A stretch of 64,000 bases of DNA from Candidatus Scatovivens faecipullorum (lineage in GTDB: Bacteria > Bacillota > Clostridia > TANB77 > CAG-508): positions 4,160 through 68,159 of the forward strand of contig DVLG01000054.1 of NCBI GenBank assembly GCA_018715625.1. Reading direction: 5' to 3'. Every line of letters begins with the position of its first letter. Position 1 is the first letter of the stretch. Below, piece after piece: positions 1-10,082 of this stretch. Position numbers and translations under genes: made by a program. Below the pieces are notes generated by a model. It had not been told where the DNA came from. It worked only from the letters and a program-made list of their open reading frames with translations, and did no database searches.

Positions 1-490
1 CTGTTCTTGCTGTAATTCTTTGTCCATTAACTGAAATTGCTTCTGCTCCTGCATTTTTTAATTCATTTATTATTTCTCTAATATCTCCATCATGAACTAT
101 ATAACTACTAGCACCTAAACCTTTTAGTCCTGCTGCATCACCATCATCCAATGTTATTATAATTCCTTGACCTATAACGTCTGTATATCCTAATAATGTA
201 TTATATTTTAAAAGTTTATCATTCAAAGAACTAGAAGAACCATCTAAATTTGCAACATTTTCTCTAGCCGTTTCTAGTTCTTTTTCCTTTTTTTCTAATT
301 TTGCATAAGCATTTTCATATTTTTCTTTCCATCTCAATGCACTATCTCTAAGTCCATTTTCCATCTGCGTTCTTCCAACTGTCTGAGTACTTTCATTCAC
401 AGTTTTTATTTGTACAAATATTCCAGCAGAAAGAAAAATGCACATTACACCTAATAGTATTGATATTGTTAGTTTATTTGTCTTTTTCAT
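1..490 (-). CDS. DUF881 (YlxW/YlxX-like) division-cluster protein, C-terminus runs off the window
   Basis: My own translation from the ATG at 488-490 gives MKKTNKLTISILLGVMCIFLSAGIF (an N-terminal TM) followed by ...GQGIIITLDDGD...IVHDGDIREIINELKNAGAEAISVNGQRI, which is typical of DUF881. It lies directly downstream of divIB. Confidence 0.75.
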   Translation of the reverse strand, partial: MKKTNKLTISILLGVMCIFLSAGIFVQIKTVNESTQTVGRTQMENGLRDSALRWKEKYENAYAKLEKKEKELETARENVANLDGSSSSLNDKLLKYNTLLGYTDVIGQGIIITLDDGDAAGLKGLGASSYIVHDGDIREIINELKNAGAEAISVNGQRITART

Positions 491-517
491 ATTTAGCTCC
501 CTTCTTTTATATCTTTA

Positions 518-1399
518 CTAATTTACACTTTCTCTAAAATACGTTTTTTGTGTATTTAAATCTACATTTAAAAATATTTCTCCCTTTTTTCCCTTAGTTT
601 TTTCTAAAATTGTTATTAAATGAATCATTCTTGCATTTAAATCAGAACCATCTCCTAAATATACTGTTTTTCCCTCACTTTCTAAAATTATAGTATAATT
701 TTTTTCATTTGAAATATCAATCTTAGTTATTAAATTTGCTAAGTTATTTATTTTTGCAATTTCATATATTTTTATAACTATATTCATTTTTTCCAAATCT
801 TCTTTATTTAATCTGTTGCCTGCTGTTATATTGCTTAAATCTGTTGTAAATCCTACTAAAACTGGAACTTCTAACTTTTCATTTGAAATTTCTAACATAT
901 ATCCTTGATTATTTATATAAACATAACTATCAGCAAATTGAAGCATATATGTTACAATTCTTTCCTTTATGTTAATTTCTACTTTATTAGGTAACTTTCT
1001 TTTTAAGTTTACATCTTCTACATATGCATTTTCTTTTATATTACTAATTATTTTAGATTTATTAAATTTAAAAATATTAGAATGTAGTTGAAGTCCTGAA
1101 ATACTTATAATTTTATTTTCTGAAAGTTTTTCATTTCCTGTTACAGTAATTGTATTTATATTAAATAAGCTAGAACTACAAATAATAACAGTTAAAACAA
1201 TAATAATTATGAAAATAAGAATAATTTTTACAAATCCAAATTTGCTATTTTTAACTTTATTCTTATTAAGTTGCTTTTTATTTTCTAATGATTTATTTAA
1301 TTTTTTTTTCTTTTTTTTATTTTTTGTTTTTTTCTTATTAGAAATGTTTTCTTTTCTATGAACATTAATAATAATCTCATCATCTTCCAAAACTATCAC
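518..1399 (-). CDS. divIB: Cell division protein DivIB/FtsQ (POTRA domain), with a lysine-rich N-terminus
   Basis: Single TM (FVKIILIFIIIIVLTVIIC) followed by a POTRA-like ITVTGNEKLSENKIISISGL...YVEDVNLKRKLPNKVEINIKER. GTG start. Sits after murA. Confidence 0.75.
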   Translation of the reverse strand: MIVLEDDEIIINVHRKENISNKKKTKNKKKKKKLNKSLENKKQLNKNKVKNSKFGFVKIILIFIIIIVLTVIICSSSLFNINTITVTGNEKLSENKIISISGLQLHSNIFKFNKSKIISNIKENAYVEDVNLKRKLPNKVEINIKERIVTYMLQFADSYVYINNQGYMLEISNEKLEVPVLVGFTTDLSNITAGNRLNKEDLEKMNIVIKIYEIAKINNLANLITKIDISNEKNYTIILESEGKTVYLGDGSDLNARMIHLITILEKTKGKKGEIFLNVDLNTQKTYFRESVN

Positions 1400-1426
1400 C
1401 TACTTTAACTTCTTTTAAAAGCTGTT

Positions 1427-2680
1427 TTATAATTCTTCTCTTATAATATTAGCACCAAGCGAATTTAATTTTTTATCAAAATTATCATATCCTCTTAGCA
1501 AATATTCTAGCTTACTTACTTTCGTAACTCCTTTTGTTGCTAAGGCAGCCAGTACTAAAGAGGCTCCTCCTCTTAAATCTGTACTTTCTACACTTGCTGG
1601 GTGTAATTTTCTTACTCCTTTTATAATCATTGTTTTACCTTCTATTGTTACTTTTGCTCCCATTCTTTTTATCTCTTGCATAAATTTAAATCTATTTTCA
1701 AAGATATTTTCTGTTATAATAGAAGTTCCCTTACATATTGTAAGCATTGTAGAAAATTGTGGTTGAAGATCTGTTGGAAAGCCTGGGTATGGCATTGTTT
1801 TTATATTAACAGCTTTTAATCTACCACTTGAATTTAAATAAACAGAATTTTTATCTGATATAATTTCACAGCCACATTCATTTAATTTATTTATAACTGG
1901 CCTTATATGCTCTGGTATTACATTTTTTAATTTAATAGAACCACTAGTAATAGCTCCTGCAATTAAAAAAGTCCCAGCTTCTATTCTATCTGGCATAACT
2001 TTATAAGAAATATCTTTTAAATTTTTTACACCTTTTACTCTTATAATATTTGATCCAGCACCATATACTTTTGCTCCCATTCTATTTAAAAAATTAGATA
2101 AATCAATAATTTCTGGTTCTCTTGCAGCATTATTTATCGTTATTTCATGATCACCTATTATTGCTGCCAAGATTAAATTTTCAGTAGTACCTACACTTGG
2201 AAAATCTAATTCTATATTTTTCGATTCTATTTTATCACATTTACACTCTATATATCTACAATTTTCATTTATTTTTATTCCAATTTTCTTAAAATTTTCT
2301 AAATGTAAATCTATTGGTCTAGAGCCAATGTCACAACCTCCTGGGTATGAAAATTGAGCTTTTTTAAATCTAGCTATTAAAGCTCCTGCTATAATAACAG
2401 ATGATCTTAATTTTCTCATTAATTCATCTGGAATTATAGTATTATCAATCTCTTTTGAATTAATAATTACTTTATTTTTATCTTTTTTTACTTTACATCC
2501 TAATTCTTCTAAAATTTTTAAAGTTGTTTTTACATCTTCAATATCTGGCAAATTGTATAATTTAGTTGTTTTTCCACTTATTATAGTAGCTGCTAAAATA
2601 GGTAAACTTGAATTTTTAGATCCTGAAATAGCCACTTCACCATGTAGCTTTTTTCCACCTTTTATTATGTAACTATACAT
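1427..2680 (-). CDS. murA: UDP-N-acetylglucosamine 1-carboxyvinyltransferase
   Basis: 417 aa with full-length MurA-like sequence (GGKKLHGEV.ISGSKNS.LPILAA, PGGCDIGSRPIDLH). RBS GAGGAGG upstream. Confidence 0.9.
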   Translation of the reverse strand: MYSYIIKGGKKLHGEVAISGSKNSSLPILAATIISGKTTKLYNLPDIEDVKTTLKILEELGCKVKKDKNKVIINSKEIDNTIIPDELMRKLRSSVIIAGALIARFKKAQFSYPGGCDIGSRPIDLHLENFKKIGIKINENCRYIECKCDKIESKNIELDFPSVGTTENLILAAIIGDHEITINNAAREPEIIDLSNFLNRMGAKVYGAGSNIIRVKGVKNLKDISYKVMPDRIEAGTFLIAGAITSGSIKLKNVIPEHIRPVINKLNECGCEIISDKNSVYLNSSGRLKAVNIKTMPYPGFPTDLQPQFSTMLTICKGTSIITENIFENRFKFMQEIKRMGAKVTIEGKTMIIKGVRKLHPASVESTDLRGGASLVLAALATKGVTKVSKLEYLLRGYDNFDKKLNSLGANIIREEL

Positions 2681-2743
2681 ATTACAATCCTCCTCATAAT
2701 ATTTTCTGTTACATATTATGAGAATTTTACATAAATAGTTCTA

Positions 2744-4645
2744 TTACTTAATTACTAATTTGTTTATCTTTGAATTTATATATTTTTTTAATTTCTCCAT
2801 AAAAATTTCTGGTGCAATTTCTTTTTTAGCCACCATATCTAAACCTTTTTCCCAACTTGCAGTCAAATTTGGATTAAGCATATCTGGTATTGATTTATTT
2901 ACTATATCATATATTGCTTCTCCTTTTGCTGTTGGAGTAATTATTTGTGTTTTTGAATTTATTTCAATGTATTTTATTCTCTCTAACTTTTTTATAATTT
3001 CTCCTCTTGTTGCTGAAGTACCTATTCCTGCCCCTTTTATTTGTTCTCTTAATTCTTCATCTTCTATTAATTTTCCTGCATTTTCCATAGCAAGTACCAT
3101 TCCTCCAGAATTATATCTAGAAGGAGGTGATGTTTCTGAATCTTTTGTTTCATAATTTAAAACTTTTATTTCTTGCATTTTTTTTAATTTAGACAATATT
3201 TTTAAATTTTCATTTTCTTCATCATTTTTTACTCTGCTTTTTAAAACCTCTAAAAAACCTTTATTTACACACACTCTGCCACTTGTATTAAACTCTTCTC
3301 CCTCTACATCTATTGTTAAGTTAACTTTATTGTATTCTGCTGGAGGATAAAAAATAGCTATAAATCTTTTTACTATTAGCTTATATATATTCTTTTTTAG
3401 TTCAGATAATTTATCATAATTTTCAAATCCCTGACCTGTTGGAATTATCGCATAGTGATCTGTTATTTTACTATCATTTACATATTTAGTCTTAATTAAA
3501 TTCGTACTATACTTTTCTTCTACCATTTTTTTTATATAAGAGCTTATTTCTTCATCTGTAAAATTTTTATATAAACCATTTAGATTTTTTCCAATCTCTT
3601 TAGCTATTGCAGTAGATAGAACTCTTGCATCTGTTCTTGGATATGTAACTAATTTTTTTTCATACAATTCTTGTATTATTTCAAGTGTTTCATCTGGTTT
3701 AATTTTAAATGTTTTAGTACATTCATTTTGAATTTCTGCTAAATTAAAAAGTAATGGTGCATTTTCCTTTTGTTTAGATTTTTTTATTTCAGATACAATT
3801 GCCTTTTTATCTTTTAAACTAATAATAAATTTTTTAGCATGTTCTTCTGACTTAAATCCACTTTCATTATATAAAAATGGGCTATTATATAATTTTGATT
3901 TTTCTCCTACTTTCCATTCTGCTTTAAAATTTGATTCTTCATCACCAAAATTTCCTATTATTTTATAATATTTAGTTTTAACAAAATTTTTAATTTCCCT
4001 TTCTCTTGAAACAACCATCCCTAAAACACAAGTCATAACTCTACCTATTGAAATTGAAACTTTTTCTTCATTAATGTCTTTAGCAATTCTTTTTCCAAAA
4101 ATTATTGATAATAATCTAGAAAAATTTATTCCAATTAAATAATCTTCTTTAGCTCTTAAATATGCAGAATCTGATAAACTATTATATTCCTTCCAATCTT
4201 TAGCTTCTTTTATTCCTTTTTGAATTTCTTCTTCTGTTTGAGAGTCTATCCATACTCTTTTCCTTATTTTATCTTCTTTTACTTCTGCCATTTTATCTAC
4301 TAATCTATATATATATTCTCCTTCTCTTCCAGAGTCAGTAGCAATATAAATTTCTGTTACATCTTCTCTTGTAAGGAGTCCTTTTACAATATTAAATTGA
4401 TTTTGAACTGCCGGTATTACTTCATATTTAAATTCTTCTGGAATAAAAGGTAAAGTATTTAAATTCCAATATTTAAGATTTTCATCATATTTTTCAGGAT
4501 ATGACATTGTAACTAAGTGTCCAACACACCAAGTTATAATCCATTCATTTCCTTCCAAATACCCATTTTTTCTAGTTGTATTTACTTTTAAAGCTTTAGC
4601 AAATTCCATTGCTACAGATGGTTTTTCTGCAATAAGTAATTTCAT
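2744..4645 (-). CDS. topB: Type IA DNA topoisomerase, TopB-like (topoisomerase III)
   Basis: N-terminal Toprim MKLLIAEKPSVA...CVGHL, the DSGREGE acidic motif and the YPRTD active-site tyrosine region. No C-terminal zinc fingers, unlike the topA in this window. Confidence 0.8.
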   Translation of the reverse strand: MKLLIAEKPSVAMEFAKALKVNTTRKNGYLEGNEWIITWCVGHLVTMSYPEKYDENLKYWNLNTLPFIPEEFKYEVIPAVQNQFNIVKGLLTREDVTEIYIATDSGREGEYIYRLVDKMAEVKEDKIRKRVWIDSQTEEEIQKGIKEAKDWKEYNSLSDSAYLRAKEDYLIGINFSRLLSIIFGKRIAKDINEEKVSISIGRVMTCVLGMVVSREREIKNFVKTKYYKIIGNFGDEESNFKAEWKVGEKSKLYNSPFLYNESGFKSEEHAKKFIISLKDKKAIVSEIKKSKQKENAPLLFNLAEIQNECTKTFKIKPDETLEIIQELYEKKLVTYPRTDARVLSTAIAKEIGKNLNGLYKNFTDEEISSYIKKMVEEKYSTNLIKTKYVNDSKITDHYAIIPTGQGFENYDKLSELKKNIYKLIVKRFIAIFYPPAEYNKVNLTIDVEGEEFNTSGRVCVNKGFLEVLKSRVKNDEENENLKILSKLKKMQEIKVLNYETKDSETSPPSRYNSGGMVLAMENAGKLIEDEELREQIKGAGIGTSATRGEIIKKLERIKYIEINSKTQIITPTAKGEAIYDIVNKSIPDMLNPNLTASWEKGLDMVAKKEIAPEIFMEKLKKYINSKINKLVIK

Positions 4646-4857
4646 TTAAAATAACATCCTTTATTAATTTTAATAGATTTATTATATATTATTAGCATAC
4701 ATTTTTCAAACACTTTTATTTATATTATACTTTTAAGAATAAAAGTAAACATCATTGCAATTTAAAATAAAATGTTTTATGCAAATATTGGTATCTTTAT
4801 TCTATCACAAATTCCTTATATAATAAGAGTTATTTAAATTTTCTATTATATAAAAAA

Positions 4858-4888
4858 AAGGTTAAACAAAATGTTTAACCCTTTTTTT
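4858..4888 (-). terminator. Rho-independent terminator downstream of the cohesin-like gene
   Basis: GGTTAAACA / TGTTTAACC stem flanked by an A-run and a T-run, so it could act in both directions. Confidence 0.6.
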
Positions 4889-4907
4889 TAAGTTATCTTT
4901 TATTTTA

Positions 4908-5672
4908 TTACTTAATTTCTTTATTTATCTTTTCAAATTTAATATAGAATACTATTGCTACTACAATTATAGCGCCTATAATATACATAATTGTATCTTC
5001 TACACCTGTATATGGAATATCTTCTTCTGTTGATTCATTAACATAAGATGATATAGGTTCATTAGAATAATTAGCTTTATTATTTGCTGTATTATTTGTA
5101 GTATTATTTGTATTTTCTGTACTATTATTTGGTTTAGCAACTATACTAGCAGAGTTTCCTGATGAATTTGTAGTGTTTCCAGTATTTGATGCATCATCTC
5201 CAATAGTGATTTTTGTAGAAACATCAGAAGCTGATATTGTTGTTTCACTATTTGAAGAAACTATATTATTAAATTTGATTTCTCCAGTTTTTCCTGAAAT
5301 TCCTGTTTTTGTTTTAAAAGTAACTTGAAAAACTTCTTCTTCAGCTTTAACAAAAGTACCTTTAGTTAGAGTAATTTTCCCGCCATCTGAGTTAAAATTA
5401 ACTGACCAACCATTAATTCCTTCAATGCTTGATTCATTTATTTCTTCAAAAATATCTTCATCATACTTTAAATAACCACTCATTGAGTTTATTCCATTTG
5501 AACCAACATCTAAGTTAGATATCTTTATTGATATTGTGAACTCTGTTGATTCTGGTACTGTTGTACTACTTGATGTCATTGTTGCTGTAAAGCTTAAAGC
5601 ATTTACTATATTGGCATACACAAATATTAACAACATCGTTATTATAGCAATTTTTAAAACTCTCTTTTTCAT
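4908..5672 (-). CDS. Secreted cohesin-like domain protein with an IPYTG cell-wall sorting signal
   Basis: Signal peptide MKKRVLKIAIITMLLIFVYANIVNA. About 130 aa of cohesin-like beta region (FTISIKISNLDVGSNGINSMSGYLKYDEDIFEEI...). N/S/T-rich linker. C-terminal IPYTG, a hydrophobic helix and a KFEKINKEIK tail. Confidence 0.55.
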   Translation of the reverse strand: MKKRVLKIAIITMLLIFVYANIVNALSFTATMTSSSTTVPESTEFTISIKISNLDVGSNGINSMSGYLKYDEDIFEEINESSIEGINGWSVNFNSDGGKITLTKGTFVKAEEEVFQVTFKTKTGISGKTGEIKFNNIVSSNSETTISASDVSTKITIGDDASNTGNTTNSSGNSASIVAKPNNSTENTNNTTNNTANNKANYSNEPISSYVNESTEEDIPYTGVEDTIMYIIGAIIVVAIVFYIKFEKINKEIK

Positions 5673-5774
5673 TTGAACACTCCTTTCCTTTAGTATAACT
5701 TTTCATTTAACAAAAATCAAGTAAAATTATATATTTTTTTATTACATTTTTATAACATTATTAATAATATAAAG

Positions 5775-7928
5775 TTATATAGCATTATATAAAACTATCA
5801 TTTGTGATACATCTACTAGATCAATTTTACCATCTAAATTCATATCTGCTGCTTTTAATGGATTTCCAGATAATTCAAATCCCTTATTTTCATTATAATG
5901 TAAAATTAATTTTGAAACATCAGTTAAGTCTAATATACCGTCTGTTTTTATATCACCCCTTACAATTAAAGTATATTCTAATGAATCTGATAATTTTAGT
6001 TTCATTCCTGTTGCCAATACTTCATCACTATTTGTTATTTCAGTTCCTTGTTCATTATAAACTTTTTTAATTAAATTAGTGTCTATATTATTTAGAAATT
6101 CTTTCACTTTTGTTCCATGAGAAATTTTCATTATATATTTATTATCTATTACATATACATTTGAAGTTAATCCACCTTCATCTTCATCTTCATTAGGTTC
6201 TTGGTTATCATCTTCACCTGGAGTTTCATTTGGCTTTTCATCGTCATCTGGAGTTTGATCTGGATTTTCCTCTTTTGCTCCTAATGTTGTAAATGCTTTT
6301 ATACATACATCTGCTGTATCCATATCAATACCAGAAATACTTAAACTTGATAAATTTACCCAATTGTATCCATCTAAAGATATATAGCTTCTATTTTCAG
6401 AATCAGCAAATTCATACGCAGTTCCCGGCACACTAGCTTCTACTTCAAAATAAAATGCATCCCCTTCTGAAGTTTGTTTTACAACTATTGAAAAATCTCC
6501 TTCTTGTAATTCTACAGGTGTTATATCTACCCTATGATATCCAGGTGCTAAAACACCATCTGATTCTCCAACTTTTATTAAATTTTCATTTCTAAAACTA
6601 CTTCCATTAGGATTTACATAAACTTCAAAAGCTGCATAATCTGCAAGTGTCACGCCAACACTATTTAAAACTTCATCTTCTGAATTATCTTTGTTATACA
6701 CTACACCATAAGAACCTGTTTTTGTGCTTTGTGTACCAACTTGATATATTCCTCCATAATAGTCATATTGATAAATATTATCATAATCTACTTTAGAAGT
6801 AGATTGTATTCCATACATTTCATTTTCGATAATTGCATCTTCGTAAGAAATATACATATATCCATTGTCAAAAGATTCAGTTCCATAAGAATTAAGAACT
6901 ATATATGCACCATCTTCAGAAGGCTTAGCACCTTCTGCAAAATTATCTCTTGAATAATTATCATCCCAGCCAACTATTGTTATTGCATGATCTCTTATTA
7001 AACTGCTATCATTACAATTATAGGCAGTAGCTGCAAAAGGATTTTTTTGATTATTATAATATTGAGAATAATTTCCAGCTGTCATTGTAGCAATAGCACC
7101 ATATTTTACTAAATGTTCTTTTATAATATCTCTTAACGCATTAACTTCTTCTTTTGAATATTCATTACCATTTACATCAAAATAAGAAACTGATTTTGTA
7201 TTTCCAGTACCATCAATTTCATATTTTTTATAAATTGATGGTAAAATTTGATAATCAGTAACTACAGTATCAACTGGCTTATCTATTTCAGTTAAGTTTA
7301 TTTTTTCTTCATTATCTTCAAAAGGCATTTCTTCTTCTAAAACTGCTCCTTGACCATTGGTCAAATATGCTAAAGCTGAAATTGGAAGTCCACCATTTCC
7401 TAATTCCCTATTAAATCCATTTTCATTTATACCATCAAGAAAAGTTCTAGAAGTTGCATAATCAGCATGTCTTTCTGAAAAATTTGGTATATCTGTTAAA
7501 CCATTTTCTATAGCAATATTAGATTCCATAGATTTTAAGGTTGCAAAAGCCCAGCATTCTGTTGTACTGCCTTGGTGCTCAACTCTCAAATTCAACAAAT
7601 CTGCTAAAGAATATCTAGAGTTTGATACAGTTGCCGAAACATTATCAAATCCGCCAATCTTCTTGCCTAACAATGAATTTACTAAATACGGAACATCTTC
7701 CACTTCGTACTTATTCAAAATATTTTCTGGTACTTGTGCAGAATTTGTTTGTGGCATAAGTGTAGTTTCTTTTTCTTCTATTGTTAACTCATTCCAAACT
7801 TTGTATTCATCAGGAAGATTTACATTAAATTCAGTAGCAAAAACTTTTCCTGAAAATATACTAGAGAAAAGAATCGCACCTATTGAAATTACCCTAATTT
7901 TTTCTTTACTTAACTTATTTTTTTTCAT
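5775..7928 (-). CDS. Secreted C1 (papain-like) cysteine peptidase with a C-terminal type I dockerin
   Basis: Catalytic motifs QGSTTECWAF (Cys), DHAITIVGWDD (His) and LNSYG (Asn). The C-terminus has two Ca-binding dockerin repeats, GDIKTDGILDLTDVSKLILHY and ADMNLDGKIDLVDVSQMIVLY. I prefer the start at 7928 (MKKNKL...) because a GGTGAGGAG RBS precedes it. The ORF-track start at 7985 has no RBS. Confidence 0.8.
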   Translation of the reverse strand: MKKNKLSKEKIRVISIGAILFSSIFSGKVFATEFNVNLPDEYKVWNELTIEEKETTLMPQTNSAQVPENILNKYEVEDVPYLVNSLLGKKIGGFDNVSATVSNSRYSLADLLNLRVEHQGSTTECWAFATLKSMESNIAIENGLTDIPNFSERHADYATSRTFLDGINENGFNRELGNGGLPISALAYLTNGQGAVLEEEMPFEDNEEKINLTEIDKPVDTVVTDYQILPSIYKKYEIDGTGNTKSVSYFDVNGNEYSKEEVNALRDIIKEHLVKYGAIATMTAGNYSQYYNNQKNPFAATAYNCNDSSLIRDHAITIVGWDDNYSRDNFAEGAKPSEDGAYIVLNSYGTESFDNGYMYISYEDAIIENEMYGIQSTSKVDYDNIYQYDYYGGIYQVGTQSTKTGSYGVVYNKDNSEDEVLNSVGVTLADYAAFEVYVNPNGSSFRNENLIKVGESDGVLAPGYHRVDITPVELQEGDFSIVVKQTSEGDAFYFEVEASVPGTAYEFADSENRSYISLDGYNWVNLSSLSISGIDMDTADVCIKAFTTLGAKEENPDQTPDDDEKPNETPGEDDNQEPNEDEDEGGLTSNVYVIDNKYIMKISHGTKVKEFLNNIDTNLIKKVYNEQGTEITNSDEVLATGMKLKLSDSLEYTLIVRGDIKTDGILDLTDVSKLILHYNENKGFELSGNPLKAADMNLDGKIDLVDVSQMIVLYNAI

Positions 7929-8202
7929 TAGCTCCTCACCTTTAATTTTCAATCTAATATAAGTATAGGCTTTTTTTACTTGCAAATCAAGCTGTTTTCC
8001 AGTATTTTCAATGGTTTTATGATTATACTGGTCTTTTATTATTTACGGAAAACATATATATAAGCATTTTATTTTTGTTTTATTAAATTTTAGTAACATT
8101 ATCTTTGTAACAAAATTGTAATATTTTCTTAACATTGTTGATATGTTTATTTATTTTTTTTGTTGTATAATATACATATACGAAAGATTTAAGGAGTTTT
8201 AG

Positions 8203-9336
8203 ATGAGTATAAATTCTACTTTAAAAAAAGAAGGTATAAAAGTAATTGGTCAATTAAATACTTTAGAAATAAACAAAATCGCTTCAAGTATTTCTGAAAA
8301 AATATCTAAAGCTTTTCCAGAACATAATTTAAATCAAAGTGATTTATTTATTTCAATAGCAAGACTAAACATGTATATAGCAGAGATGCCAGATAGTATG
8401 GTTATGGCTAAATATTTTTATAAAAATAATTCTATATATTTTAGTAAAGACATGGATTTAGACAATATAAATGCTCTTGCTCTTCATGAATGTTTACATT
8501 TTATTCAAACTTTAAAAAATAAACATGGAAAATTGTTACGTTTAGGTCTTTATAATTTAGAAGGTTCAAATAATAGTGGTATGGGATTAAATGAAGCAGC
8601 AGTCCAACAAATGGCTTCTATTGCTTCTGATGCTAAGTTAGATACAGTAAAATATTATAATATGGAACTTTCAACAGAAAGTCCTGACTTTTATCCTTTA
8701 CAAACAGCTCTAATAAATGAGATGACTTATTTTACTGGTACATATCCTTTATATCACAGTACCCTTTACAGTAATGATGTATTTAAAAATACATTTATTG
8801 CAAAATCAAATACTAAAGCATATATACAAATTGAAAAAAATTTTGACTTAATTTTAGAATATGAATCAAGACTTTCAGAAGAAACTTATAAGTTATCTGT
8901 TTCATCAGAAGAATTAAAGAACTTAGATAAAATAAAAAGAATAAATGCAAAAATTGACGCACTTAAAAAAATTATTTTTGAAACAACTTTAGAAACTCAA
9001 AATTTGATTATAGTAAATTGCTTTAATAACGAACTTAACTCTATTAAAACTTTAGAAGATGTCAAAAACTTTCAATATAATTTATACAATTTTAAACATG
9101 TTTTGATAACTACAAACAATTATAATTTTTTTAATGATTTTTATACAGATATGATGAGTAAACTAGATGAAAAAAAAGAATTCATTCTAAAATATGGGAA
9201 TATCTTAGCTCTTGATTCTTTAACAAATGAACTTTCAAATGTGGAGGAAAATACTTATGGGTTTCAGTTTTTTAAAAGATTATTTAAAAAATTGAAATTG
9301 CTATTTGAAGAAAAAATAAGAGAGAAAAACTATTAA
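8203..9336 (+). CDS. Hypothetical protein with an HExxH...E motif (possible minimal zinc metallopeptidase)
   Basis: ALALHECLHFIQ followed about 30 aa later by GLNEAAVQ. The C-terminal half looks helical. RBS AAGGAG. No family recognised. Confidence 0.4.
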   Translation: MSINSTLKKEGIKVIGQLNTLEINKIASSISEKISKAFPEHNLNQSDLFISIARLNMYIAEMPDSMVMAKYFYKNNSIYFSKDMDLDNINALALHECLHFIQTLKNKHGKLLRLGLYNLEGSNNSGMGLNEAAVQQMASIASDAKLDTVKYYNMELSTESPDFYPLQTALINEMTYFTGTYPLYHSTLYSNDVFKNTFIAKSNTKAYIQIEKNFDLILEYESRLSEETYKLSVSSEELKNLDKIKRINAKIDALKKIIFETTLETQNLIIVNCFNNELNSIKTLEDVKNFQYNLYNFKHVLITTNNYNFFNDFYTDMMSKLDEKKEFILKYGNILALDSLTNELSNVEENTYGFQFFKRLFKKLKLLFEEKIREKNY

Positions 9337-9369
9337 AATTAAGAATAAAATAATACTTTACTAAAACAA

Positions 9370-9415
9370 CTATGGATATTTGCAAAAAAATATTTTGCAA
9401 ATATCCATAGTTTTA
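9370..9415 (+). terminator. Rho-independent terminator
   Basis: Perfect 18-bp stem CTATGGATATTTGCAAAA / TTTTGCAAATATCCATAG followed by TTTT. Confidence 0.75.
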
Positions 9416-9480
9416 CTAATAACTATTTTAGTACTAAATTTTATGAAATAAAGAATCTTTATGATACTATACTAATCTAA

Positions 9481-10047
9481 TTATATTTTATAATTTTGCC
9501 TTATAGCCTCTTTTTTTACTAGTTCTAAATCATTCCAAAAATCTATTTTTTTACTTTCATCTCTTAATAAAGCTGCTGGATGAAAAGTTGGCATATACTT
9601 GATTCCTTTCTTTTCTATCCATCTTCCTCTTGAAGCTGTTATTCCATATTCATCTCCTAAAATATTTTTTAGCGCTGTGCTTCCAAGTAAAACTATTATT
9701 TTAGGTTTTATAACCATTACTTGGTTTCTTAAATAATCCAAACATGCTGTAGCTTCTATTTTTAATGGTGTTCTATTATTTGGTGGTCTACATTTAACTA
9801 TATTAGATATATATACTGCCTCTCTTGAAATTCCCAAACCAATAAATGCTTGGTTCATAAGTTTTCCAGCTTTTCCAACAAAAGGTATGCCTTCTCTATC
9901 TTCATCCGCACCTGGACCTTCTCCAACAAACATAATATCAGCATCTTCATTTCCTGTACCAAATACTACATTTGCTCTCCTTTGGCAAAGTTCACATTTA
10001 TTACATTTTTTTACAATTTCATTTAATTCTTCTAAATTTTTGTACAT
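9481..10047 (-). CDS. Uracil-DNA glycosylase, family 4
   Basis: CNKCELC, GEGPGADED, FVGKAGKLM and HPAALLR motifs. 188 aa. Confidence 0.85.
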   Translation of the reverse strand: MYKNLEELNEIVKKCNKCELCQRRANVVFGTGNEDADIMFVGEGPGADEDREGIPFVGKAGKLMNQAFIGLGISREAVYISNIVKCRPPNNRTPLKIEATACLDYLRNQVMVIKPKIIVLLGSTALKNILGDEYGITASRGRWIEKKGIKYMPTFHPAALLRDESKKIDFWNDLELVKKEAIRQNYKI

Positions 10048-10082
10048 TTATTTTAACATCCTCTCATAATACAATAAACATC

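Noticed and set aside
2760-3155. Antisense or shadow ORFs inside well-supported genes. Examples: 2760..3155, 5804..6070, 6729..6953, 7663..7962, 9887..10069, 19049..19476, 20923..21282, 25342..25524, 29395..29649, 32496..32711, 39464..39679, 40837..41227, 43543..43791, 44797..45051, 45487..45711, 49726..49950, 50781..51050, 51958..52170, 52771..53124, 55331..55561, 56603..56877, 57151..57369, 58335..58631, 61691..62370.
   Set aside because: Each lies entirely within, and opposite to, a gene that has strong homology or long ORF support. Their F/L/I/S-rich translations are what the antisense strand of AT-rich K/E/N-rich coding sequence gives. None has a convincing RBS.
7929-7985. N-terminal extension of the protease ORF (MQVKKAYTYIRLKIKGEEL...), and likewise the 58748 start for the membrane protein at 58832.
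   Set aside because: The extended starts lack an RBS. The internal ATGs are preceded by GGTGAGGAG and AGGAGA respectively, and in the protease the internal ATG gives a canonical signal peptide.
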